DNA of 64,000 bases from an uncultured virus (IMG/VR IMGVR_UViG_3300028797_000152) (lineage: Duplodnaviria; Heunggongvirae; Uroviricota; Caudoviricetes). The DNA is taken from IMG/VR virus record IMGVR_UViG_3300028797_000152, positions 1 through 64,000 of that record; one strand, written 5' to 3'. Position 1 is the first letter of the stretch. Each line of letters opens with the position of its first letter. A program made the translations under genes and the position numbers. Below the pieces are notes generated by a model. That model had not been told where the DNA came from and did not search any database. It was given only the letters and a program-made list of their open reading frames with translations. Positions 19,128 through 27,596 of the stretch are shown here, one piece after another.

Positions 19128-20693
19128 ATGCTAATCACAAAAACCTTTTGTACGGCAGGTTCGTTGGTATACATTGTACCAACAGGTCTCTTAGTTACTC
19201 TTCATTATGATGCTCACGGTATGCTTAATAAAGTGTATCAGGGCTTTGAGGATAAGACAGACCTCGGTGAAGATTTCATGAAAGCACTTGTAAGGCAGGG
19301 ACTTGTTCCTAACACTATCAAACTTCATGGAGGCACAACAGATATTTGGGGTGTATTTTATTCAAATGAAATAGAATGCCCTGAAGGTATCCTCCCTGAC
19401 TGCGAGTTTGACAGAATTGTAGCAGATATTATTTCTGGTAGCCCTAAGTATAAGTTCTATGTAGGAAATGTAGAGAGTGGCGCAATGGCTATAACTCCTT
19501 CCTCTATGCAGGGATGGACAAAAATGGTAGGATTTGAGTCGCTTCCTTGTTGGGCAGTCCCTGTTGATGCTACTGACAGCATGTTAGAGACATATATCAA
19601 AGGAAATAGCAATATCTCATTTGAATATCCTCTTATTTCAGGATTCATAATATTTGAAGGTCAGAGTATCGGAAGATTCCATAGATGTAACCTTAAGACA
19701 TTTAAAGTTACTGATACGCCTGTTAATCTCATTGATTATGATGGTTATATCAAATATGGTATTAAATATGGAGACGAATCTCTTGTTTTAGATTATCCTG
19801 TAGCAGTTAGATATAACATTCAGAAGAATTCACAAGTAGTTGTCGATGGCTATCATGTAATATGGAGTGATACAGCAAATTCAACTGATAAGGACAGATT
19901 GTCAACTAAGATAACTTGTTCAACTTGTCACAAGATATTAGATGTACCTGAAGCAGGTCAAATGACTTGTAGCGATGACTTCTGTATCTCGAGGATGTAT
20001 CCAAGGATAAAGAGATTCTGTTCTATTCTTTCTATTGATGAATTATCTACCGATGAGTTTGATAAGGTTACAAAATCTGGAGATATTTCAATATTCCCTG
20101 ATTTCTTATTACTTCCTCAATATAAAGATGTCAAGATAAAGAAGCCTCTTTCTGAAATAGTATATGCTGTAGTTTCAGGTGAAGTTGGCTTGAATAGAGA
20201 ATGGCTCATCAAGTTATGCAATAAGTGCAATAATTCATTTGATACTCTTAAGTATTATCTTGTAGGCCCTCTCAGAATTAAGACAGAATTAGATATGGAT
20301 GTTCCTCCTAGATTCATGAGATGGATATCTGAACCTCGTAATCTTGTTGAACTTGAAACAATAATCAATTCAGAACAGATTGAAATTGACAACGATGGAA
20401 AACTCATTAAGTTTGATGGTGCTCCAGTACTCAGAGATAAGCGTGTTATGATAACAGGTAAATTCTTACACGGAAGTACTGAAGATATTATAGCAATACT
20501 TCAGAGTTACTCTGCTACAGTTGTCACAACAATGGATAAGAAAGTATCTTGTGTAGTTGTAGGAGATATTAAAGAGAACATAGACGGATTAGCAATTCAA
20601 GCCGCTAGAGAGTTAGACATCCCGTTGTTTGATGAGTCAAAGTTCTTTGAGAGATATTCTATTGACGAAGACCTTGAGAAATTTCTCAAGTAA
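19128..20693 (+). CDS. Degenerate NAD-dependent DNA ligase-like protein (Zn finger + BRCT; no KxDG)
   Basis: VPTGLLVTLHY at the motif-I position, CSTC…CSDDFC, C-terminal BRCT (VMITGKF…CVVVGD…ARELDIPLFDE). Confidence 0.6.
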   Translation: MLITKTFCTAGSLVYIVPTGLLVTLHYDAHGMLNKVYQGFEDKTDLGEDFMKALVRQGLVPNTIKLHGGTTDIWGVFYSNEIECPEGILPDCEFDRIVADIISGSPKYKFYVGNVESGAMAITPSSMQGWTKMVGFESLPCWAVPVDATDSMLETYIKGNSNISFEYPLISGFIIFEGQSIGRFHRCNLKTFKVTDTPVNLIDYDGYIKYGIKYGDESLVLDYPVAVRYNIQKNSQVVVDGYHVIWSDTANSTDKDRLSTKITCSTCHKILDVPEAGQMTCSDDFCISRMYPRIKRFCSILSIDELSTDEFDKVTKSGDISIFPDFLLLPQYKDVKIKKPLSEIVYAVVSGEVGLNREWLIKLCNKCNNSFDTLKYYLVGPLRIKTELDMDVPPRFMRWISEPRNLVELETIINSEQIEIDNDGKLIKFDGAPVLRDKRVMITGKFLHGSTEDIIAILQSYSATVVTTMDKKVSCVVVGDIKENIDGLAIQAARELDIPLFDESKFFERYSIDEDLEKFLK

Positions 20694-20699
20694 ACCTTT
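20692..20699 (+). promoter_or_regulatory. AACCTT putative late promoter element upstream of portal
   Basis: Motif recurs before many structural/accessory genes (see findings). Confidence 0.55.
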
Positions 20700-20728
20700 T
20701 TTATCAATGAAATCGGAGGATTTACTTA

Positions 20729-22246
20729 ATGGCTAACTGGTATGAAAGATTATTTGCTCCTAAAAAGCAAAATATCTTATCTCGTCTAAGAAGCACTGTA
20801 GCTGTAAGTGGAACATTCTATAAAGTATCTGACCTCAGAGGTGCTTCAGATATTGAAGATATTAGAACACAGATTAATGTAATGCGTGCTCTTGCAAGAG
20901 ATTCTCAAATAAGTACCGCATTAAACTATTATGCGACAGATGCTACAACCGCAAATAGTTCAGGAGACATCATATGGGCTACAGCTATTGACGATGACCA
21001 CAAGAATGTAGCAGACATCATTAATCAGTGTTTTAAGAGATGGAAAGTAAACGATTATGCTCGAGACCATATTCTTGAGTTGGCAACAGTAGGCCAGGTT
21101 TACATTCCTACAACAGAAACTTATCGAGTTCCGGGAGTTCATCAAACAAGAGAATTAGTTGCATTAGACGACAATACTCTTGTAAATAAGGATTATGATA
21201 TTATTCCTTCTTATATGATACCTCCTGAAGATATTATTCATATTTGGTATCAAGGAAAACCTCAAGGATATTTATTTCAGCCTAATTCTGATAATACTTC
21301 GTTCTTCAGTGAACAGATTATAAGTTATCCTGAATCGTCAATAATTCACTTCTCTTTAGGTGGATTACTTGGTAAGTATCACATTTCAGGCACAGATTCT
21401 AACAACGAGCAAGTTGATTACGATATTCAATTTGCTGAGCCTATCTTATCTCAAGCAGTACAGCCTACACAAACATTAAGTCTTTTAGAAGACGCGATGT
21501 TACTTTCTTCATTAACAAGAACAGTAAGGTTCATAAATGTAGATTGCGGAACAACTGCAGAGGAAAACGAGATTAGAGAAAATCTCCAAGTAATCAAGGA
21601 TATGATTGAGCAGCAGTTGGCACTTAATACGGCTACAGGAAATGCAGAAAGTTTCGTCAATCCGCAGAGCCCTAATAACCTCATCTATTTAGCAAAAGTA
21701 AATGGCTCAGATGCAATATCTATTACAGATTTGAATATGGGTGAGCCTAGTGAAAGTGAAAACAAACTTCTTGATTACTATCAAGATAAGAAGTTATCAG
21801 TATTAGGCGTACCTAAAGAAGCGATGAACTATTCTGCTGCAGAAGGTTTGGGTAATGCAGGTTCAGTAATGTCACAAAGGTCAGCCCTTTATGCAAATAT
21901 TCTTGCAAGGATTGAAACAGCATATAAGAATGGTTGGCGAGATGCTCTTAATAAGTATTTCTTATCAAGAAATATGAGCGGTTTCGTTGATAAGTTCGTT
22001 CTTAATATGAATCCTATCATTACTAATATGGACCAGGTATTATTTGAAAAACGTGATGCTACTATCGGCCAAGCTCAAAACCTTGTAACTTTGATGAAGG
22101 AACTTGGTGTTGAAGACATATCTGATTATAAGTCAGCAATTCAGGAAATCCTTACTCAGGCCTTCCCTAAGACCGGTTCTGATGTAATGAATTGGGATGT
22201 TGATTTGTCTAGCGGTGGCGAAGAAGGTATGGGAGGAATGATGTAA
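20729..22246 (+). CDS. Portal protein (T4 gp20-like)
   Basis: 505 aa near terL; LSLLEDAMLLSSLTR, VDCG, YYQDKKLSVLGVPK match the gp20-like pattern. Confidence 0.8.
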   Translation: MANWYERLFAPKKQNILSRLRSTVAVSGTFYKVSDLRGASDIEDIRTQINVMRALARDSQISTALNYYATDATTANSSGDIIWATAIDDDHKNVADIINQCFKRWKVNDYARDHILELATVGQVYIPTTETYRVPGVHQTRELVALDDNTLVNKDYDIIPSYMIPPEDIIHIWYQGKPQGYLFQPNSDNTSFFSEQIISYPESSIIHFSLGGLLGKYHISGTDSNNEQVDYDIQFAEPILSQAVQPTQTLSLLEDAMLLSSLTRTVRFINVDCGTTAEENEIRENLQVIKDMIEQQLALNTATGNAESFVNPQSPNNLIYLAKVNGSDAISITDLNMGEPSESENKLLDYYQDKKLSVLGVPKEAMNYSAAEGLGNAGSVMSQRSALYANILARIETAYKNGWRDALNKYFLSRNMSGFVDKFVLNMNPIITNMDQVLFEKRDATIGQAQNLVTLMKELGVEDISDYKSAIQEILTQAFPKTGSDVMNWDVDLSSGGEEGMGGMM

Positions 22247-22247
22247 T

Positions 22248-22631
22248 ATGCGACCTACAAAAGATTTGACAGACTTGTTCTTCAAGAATCTGAAAGAGTT
22301 TAACTCAACAAATTTTAAGACTATTGAAAAAGCAGATTTATCTGTAAATAGTCCGGTTATTCATAAATCATTCAGTTCCGTATTAACAAGATACTTTATC
22401 TTCATTGAGAAACATCCTGATATAACAGATGTTGAAGAAAGAATTCTTTACTTCAAGTTAAAGTTAGACCAGGTTGCAAAGTATTTCAGTGATTATCCTG
22501 ATGCGTCAACAGATAACCTTATTGGATTTCAGGTTGAATTAAGGGCTTACATTAAAGAGCATAAAGCTGCAATTGAAGCGGCTAAGAAGTCAGCTCCGGA
22601 AGTAGAAAATAGCAATGAGGTAGCTGTATGA
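22248..22631 (+). CDS. Hypothetical protein
   Basis: 127 aa ORF after portal. Confidence 0.6.
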   Translation: MRPTKDLTDLFFKNLKEFNSTNFKTIEKADLSVNSPVIHKSFSSVLTRYFIFIEKHPDITDVEERILYFKLKLDQVAKYFSDYPDASTDNLIGFQVELRAYIKEHKAAIEAAKKSAPEVENSNEVAV

Positions 22632-23266
22632 GTACATTTCCTTTAAGATACAACATATCAAATTGGCTTCAATTATCCGAATGTAAGTCGAATAATTCAG
22701 TCGATTTATATATTACAGTTAAGACTGTAATTGACGATGGAAGCCATAGGTTAGAAGGAACTATTATATTAGTAAATCATACTCAATACGGTACATTATT
22801 TGCTTGCCTGATAAATTCTAAAGGAACTTTATTAACTCCTGACCCTGTTTCAGGTAAGATTAAAGAATTTACCACAGATGAAATCCTTGCCGAATTGAAT
22901 AAATTTGGATTTGATGTCACCTTTGAAATCAATCAGCATCTTAGCGGTGAGCAGATTTCGTATCTTATTACTCTTTCAGGTCTTAATTATGATAAGATTA
23001 GAAAACTTCCGGTCTACAAGTATGATAGTTTAGGCAACAAAGTATTCTCGGATTACATTGTAGCATTCAATGTAGAACATTGTCCTGATTGGATTAATCA
23101 AGACTACACTTGTAGAGATACTGAATTCCTGAGTAAACTTAACGACGGAGTTGCTGCAAATCTTACATTCATGAGTCAAACAAAGTTATTTGACTGGACT
23201 TGGCTTACTTATGTAGCAAATATTGATGATATCATTGAAGATAACGGATATGGAGATGAAGAATAA
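22628..23266 (+). CDS. Hypothetical protein
   Basis: 212 aa ORF, ATGA coupling. Confidence 0.6.
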   Translation: MSTFPLRYNISNWLQLSECKSNNSVDLYITVKTVIDDGSHRLEGTIILVNHTQYGTLFACLINSKGTLLTPDPVSGKIKEFTTDEILAELNKFGFDVTFEINQHLSGEQISYLITLSGLNYDKIRKLPVYKYDSLGNKVFSDYIVAFNVEHCPDWINQDYTCRDTEFLSKLNDGVAANLTFMSQTKLFDWTWLTYVANIDDIIEDNGYGDEE

Positions 23267-23563
23267 ATGAAAAGGTACATTAGAGCGACAGACGATGAAA
23301 TTTTAGAAGTCTGGGATATAATACCTGAAAAATATTATCCCTATATTTCAGAAGTACAGGTAAATAATCCGTATAGTCAGTATCAGAACAAAAAAGTTAC
23401 TACCTATTCTGCATATTTCACGGATGATGTAATAAATTATTATCGTGAAAAGTCAAATTCCTATCTTGTCGGACTTATTCATTGTGAAGATTTAGAATCT
23501 TTGTTATCAGGTATTGGTGAGTATCTTGACCCGCTTATTGGAGAAGGAGATTATGATGAGTAA
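23267..23563 (+). CDS. Protein with MKRYIRAT leader
   Basis: SD GGAG; leader motif. Confidence 0.6.
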   Translation: MKRYIRATDDEILEVWDIIPEKYYPYISEVQVNNPYSQYQNKKVTTYSAYFTDDVINYYREKSNSYLVGLIHCEDLESLLSGIGEYLDPLIGEGDYDE

Positions 23564-24104
23564 TCACTTAATAGGGTCTGATATACTGCTTTGGCGCAAG
23601 CGTTATGATGAAGCATTGCAACAACAGGGTATTCCTTGTACTTATCAGTTTCCGAATATCGCTAAGTCAAATGAACAAGGCGAACCTGAAATTGATTCTT
23701 ATTCTGAACCGATGCCAACACATATCTTTTTTGACGGTAGCCCTAAGGTGAAAACATTCAAGAGATATGGGTGGGTAGTTGATAATAACAGCGATTTGCC
23801 TTTTCTTATCCATTGTAGTTGGAATTTACCAAAGGTACAGAAAGATAGTATTTTCAGCATGTCAGGTCTGTATTCCGAATTAACTGAGAGAAAATTTAGA
23901 GTTACTGAAATTACTTATGATATGGTAGCCGCAGACCACTTAGTATGTCAAGTAGTTCCTTTAGCAAATGGTCAGCCTATTGTAGGAAGAACAAGAAAAG
24001 AAATTGCTCAAACATTCAATTCGTCAAACCACTTCTTAAATCAGCCTAGCGATTATCGTGGAGAAGATTTAAAGAGTAAATATAGGCCCGGAGATAAAGC
24101 ATAA
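23553..24104 (+). CDS. Putative head-closure/neck protein
   Basis: Beta-barrel-like pattern (KFRVTEI), position before the tail-terminator-like gene. Confidence 0.4.
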   Translation: MMSNHLIGSDILLWRKRYDEALQQQGIPCTYQFPNIAKSNEQGEPEIDSYSEPMPTHIFFDGSPKVKTFKRYGWVVDNNSDLPFLIHCSWNLPKVQKDSIFSMSGLYSELTERKFRVTEITYDMVAADHLVCQVVPLANGQPIVGRTRKEIAQTFNSSNHFLNQPSDYRGEDLKSKYRPGDKA

Positions 24105-24125
24105 ACTAATGAGAGGTAATTAACT

Positions 24126-24749
24126 GTGCTCTACTTGTATGACCGTGCAATAGTTGATGATATAAAATCATCTATAAATTCTGCAAATGCAAATCCGAAT
24201 GTAGTTATTTCGGATGCAGAAACATATCCTGGAATAATTGCACAGATGCAGGAAGATACAATTACATATCCACTTATCCTTGTTAGTAGAGATGAGGATA
24301 TGCCCATTATAACTGACTTATGGAATTTTTCTAGGGCTCAGTTTGGTGTTCCTGCAGCATTTGACAACAAAACAAATACAGTATATTATGAAAAAGCCAT
24401 TCATGTTGACCTTCAATATACAATAAGAATACTTTCTACAAATACTGCTGATACAGATGAGTTAGCTCGAGAACTCTTCTACAAGTATCTTTCACAATAT
24501 TATCTTGTAATTCAACTTCCATATGAATCAGATAGAAAAGTAAGATTTGCAATAGAAGTAGATTTAGGTTATGGTATAAAGAGGGAATCCGGCAGTGTTG
24601 AATTTACTAAAACAGGTGCATTGTATCAGTCTACCATTCACTTGAAAACAAACGGTTGTGTATATCTTTCTTATAGCCCTCACCATCTGCAAAGACAGGT
24701 GCTTTCACAGGATATTGAAATATTACCTCCTACTCCTAATTCCGATTAA
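24126..24749 (+). CDS. Putative tail terminator/sheath stabiliser
   Basis: YDRAIV, ITYPLILVSR, LQYTIRI…DELARE pattern of neck/terminator proteins. Confidence 0.5.
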   Translation: MLYLYDRAIVDDIKSSINSANANPNVVISDAETYPGIIAQMQEDTITYPLILVSRDEDMPIITDLWNFSRAQFGVPAAFDNKTNTVYYEKAIHVDLQYTIRILSTNTADTDELARELFYKYLSQYYLVIQLPYESDRKVRFAIEVDLGYGIKRESGSVEFTKTGALYQSTIHLKTNGCVYLSYSPHHLQRQVLSQDIEILPPTPNSD

Positions 24750-24875
24750 TAACCTTGTATTATTATATGGAATTAGATTTAGCGACTTTGATTGCATATG
24801 GTATATATTTAGGAACTTTATTATTAATATTCATAGTAACTATTAGAGAATAATACTTAGAGGAGGAAAAGTAAA

Positions 24876-25142
24876 ATGACAGAATTCGTAGCATTCCCTG
24901 CAATTGTAGTTATGTGTTACCTTGTAGGATATACTTGCAAGAAAATCGGCAATGAGAAACTTGATAAGTTCATTCCTTCTATCTGCGGAGCATTAGGTGC
25001 AATCTTAGGTATTGTAATCTTCCTTACTATTCCTAATTTCATTCCTGCAGAGAATTGGGCAGTTGCAGTAGCAGTTGGTATTGTATCAGGTTTTGCTGCA
25101 ACAGGTATCAATCAGATTTACAAGCAACTTAAATCAAAGTAA
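24876..25142 (+). CDS. Holin
   Basis: 88 aa, three hydrophobic segments, GIVSGFAATGINQIYKQ C-terminus; precedes endolysin. Confidence 0.85.
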   Translation: MTEFVAFPAIVVMCYLVGYTCKKIGNEKLDKFIPSICGALGAILGIVIFLTIPNFIPAENWAVAVAVGIVSGFAATGINQIYKQLKSK

Positions 25143-25154
25143 GGAGAAACTATT

Positions 25155-25970
25155 ATGGCAAAAACAAATAGTGGACTTGTTGCCTATGTGAAGGCTAAAG
25201 TAGGCTGTTATTATTGGTTTGGTACATTCGGCCAGATGGCTAGTAATGCTTTATACAAAGCAAAGAAGGCACAGTATAGCCGATATTATACAGCAAGCGA
25301 TTTTGAGAAGCAGATTCAGAATCCTAAACAGGTATTTGACTGCGCCGGTCTTATCAAGGCTTACCTTTGGACCGATAGCATTGATGATGTAACTCCTAAG
25401 TACAATGCAAAGCAAGATTATGGTGCAACTGCACTTTATAATAATTCTTCTGCTAAGGGCAAGATTTCTTCTTTTGACAAAGTTCCTGGTAGACTTGTTT
25501 ACAAAGGAGATAATACTACAAAGTCTCATGTAGGTGTCTACATTGGCGATGATACAATTATCGAGGCTAAAGGCCATAAATATGGCGTAATCATTAGCAA
25601 GTTAGATTCTTCTTGGACACATTGGAGCCAGAGCAACTTGCTTGTTGACGATACATCAGCACCTCAGCCTGCACCTACTCCTACACCTACCCCGACCCCT
25701 GCACCTGAGCCTCAAGGTTATACAGGAGAGTTCCCGACTCTTCCTAACAGAGGATATTTCAAGAAGGGTGATAAGGGTAAGGAAGTTGTTAAATTACAGA
25801 AACTGTTACTTTGGATTTCACCTGGATGCCTTCCTAAGTTTGGCGCAGACGGAGAATATGGCAACGAGTGCTACAATGCCGTCAAAGTTTGCCAAAGTAT
25901 CCTTAAAGTAAAAGTAGATGGTCTTTATGGAAGAGCAACTCAGATTGCTGCTAAAGCCTACAAAAAGTAA
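25155..25970 (+). CDS. Endolysin: NlpC/P60 peptidase, Pro/Thr linker, peptidoglycan-binding domain
   Basis: FDCAGL…HVGVYIG…IIEAKG; PAPTPTPTP; KGDKGKEVVKLQ…ADGEYG…VDGLYG. Confidence 0.88.
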   Translation: MAKTNSGLVAYVKAKVGCYYWFGTFGQMASNALYKAKKAQYSRYYTASDFEKQIQNPKQVFDCAGLIKAYLWTDSIDDVTPKYNAKQDYGATALYNNSSAKGKISSFDKVPGRLVYKGDNTTKSHVGVYIGDDTIIEAKGHKYGVIISKLDSSWTHWSQSNLLVDDTSAPQPAPTPTPTPTPAPEPQGYTGEFPTLPNRGYFKKGDKGKEVVKLQKLLLWISPGCLPKFGADGEYGNECYNAVKVCQSILKVKVDGLYGRATQIAAKAYKK

Positions 25971-25999
25971 ACGGTCTTAACCTCCCATTTTTCTTTCGC

Positions 26000-26040
26000 A
26001 ATAACCCTGAGGTACCTGGCACGCCTTGGGGTTATTATTT
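26000..26040. terminator. Bidirectional intrinsic terminator between convergent genes
   Basis: AATAACCCTGAGG…CCTTGGGGTTATT stem with A/T flanks. Confidence 0.6.
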
Positions 26041-26850
26041 TGTGTACTTATATGTTATCCGTTCTGTGAAATAGAATGGAATATAATCTTTTCTTTCATC
26101 TTCAGTGATATGCCATTTAGTTCCTTTAATATTCCACCATATTTTCTTCTTCGGTGTAGTTTGTACTATTGGCAAATCAAGTAATTCGTACATTGCTGTA
26201 GTATACGAGTTATCTAGATTACTAGGTATAAGAATCTCAGGAATTTCAAACCATTCATTTAGATATCTGAGTAGCATGTAAGTTCCGTAGGGAATAGAAC
26301 AATCTTTTTGAACAACATTAGTAATTATTTTATTATCTCTAAGTATGATACACTGATATATTTTCTCGTCTTTTATGTAAGTTGCTCTAAATATGTCTTT
26401 ATAATAGACCGGATTCACATCATTCGTCTTTAAGAACTTGTTTGTAGATTTCTGAACTGCTTTGCAAAATTGGAGTTCATTTGTTTCTATTATTTTACTT
26501 GGGAAAAGTTTTCCTAGTACTCTTGTGATGTCAGTATCATAATTAATACGAATGTAATTATAATTCTTATTGATAACAGGATAGTACTCAAAGTCCAAAA
26601 GTACATCTTTTTCGGGTATATAAAGTCGATACAGATGCCCGTCTATCCATTCATTCCAAATATATTCTATATTTTTATTACTCAACCATTTCATTGCTTC
26701 ATTAACTTTTGATGCCATTAAAGCATTGAAGTCTTTATACGCTTTACATTCTTTGTCAGGATGAATAATATTAACAAACTCTTCGCATTGGCGTATATTT
26801 TCTACGCCATACTTGTTATAGATAGTAAGTTTTGCTTTATCGTTCAACAT
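26035..26850 (-). CDS. Degenerate endonuclease-like protein with a KYGVEN repeat unit; the only convincing minus-strand gene
   Basis: 271 aa; N-terminal TIYNKYGVEN like the repeats in ORF 27597; reverse-oriented TAACCTT upstream (26891-26897). Confidence 0.5.
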   Translation of the reverse strand: MLNDKAKLTIYNKYGVENIRQCEEFVNIIHPDKECKAYKDFNALMASKVNEAMKWLSNKNIEYIWNEWIDGHLYRLYIPEKDVLLDFEYYPVINKNYNYIRINYDTDITRVLGKLFPSKIIETNELQFCKAVQKSTNKFLKTNDVNPVYYKDIFRATYIKDEKIYQCIILRDNKIITNVVQKDCSIPYGTYMLLRYLNEWFEIPEILIPSNLDNSYTTAMYELLDLPIVQTTPKKKIWWNIKGTKWHITEDERKDYIPFYFTERITYKYTK

Positions 26851-26949
26851 TGTACTTATATTATTTTAATATCATTAATTAATTGCAGATAAGGTTAGAT
26901 TACCTTGAATGTATGTAACCACAATAAATTACAAATGGAGGAATTCAAT

Positions 26950-27495
26950 ATGTTCACACCTTTAGCAATGGGAACCAACCACATGTTAGGCGTAGATTCC
27001 TATGTACCCCTTTACAAGAACAATTTTGAGATTAGAATCTACAACATGGATGGCTCAAGCCCTGCAGAATTTTCTGACACACTTACACTTTCTACACAAG
27101 ATGTAGGAGCCATTGAAGAATCACAACAGGCTATTACCGTTCATTATGGTAACGGCATTATCAAGTTCCCACAGAAAGTCGATTACAACGATGTTTCTTG
27201 GACACTTAATTGCTATACTACTCCAAATGTTCTTGAGGCTCTCAGGGCTTGGAGAAGGCAGACATATGACCCGCTCACAGAGTGCTTAGGTCTTCCTTCT
27301 CAATATATGAGACAGGTTTACTTCATTAAATACGATGGTACAGGCGGGCAGGCAAGAGATATCATTAAATGTCCTGGTGTTTGGCTCAGTAACCTTAACA
27401 ACGGCGATATGAGCCAGGAAGGTGGACTGGTACAGGTTCAGTGCACATTCGTTATTTCGAGAGCAATATACCTGAAGCCGGAAGACATTCAATAA
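26950..27495 (+). CDS. Tail tube protein (T4 gp19-like)
   Basis: NNFEI, ITVHYGNGIIKFP, WRRQTYDP, YMRQVYFIKYD, GVW; ATG after GGAGG. Confidence 0.8.
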   Translation: MFTPLAMGTNHMLGVDSYVPLYKNNFEIRIYNMDGSSPAEFSDTLTLSTQDVGAIEESQQAITVHYGNGIIKFPQKVDYNDVSWTLNCYTTPNVLEALRAWRRQTYDPLTECLGLPSQYMRQVYFIKYDGTGGQARDIIKCPGVWLSNLNNGDMSQEGGLVQVQCTFVISRAIYLKPEDIQ

Positions 27496-27512
27496 TTGAA
27501 TCGTTATAGTAA

Positions 27513-27590
27513 ATGAGGGACAGCACCGGCCAGTGTTTCAAGTGCCACTACACTTGATTACCTCATATACTATACTTAACCTTAGTGGAG
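27513..27590 (+). promoter_or_regulatory. Structured 5' leader RNA (three-way junction with loop-SD pseudoknot potential)
   Basis: ATGAGG/CCTCAT, AGCAC/GTGTT and TCAAGTG/CACTTGA stems; loop CCACTA complementary to TAGTGG at the SD. Confidence 0.55.
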
Positions 27591-27596
27591 GTGAAT

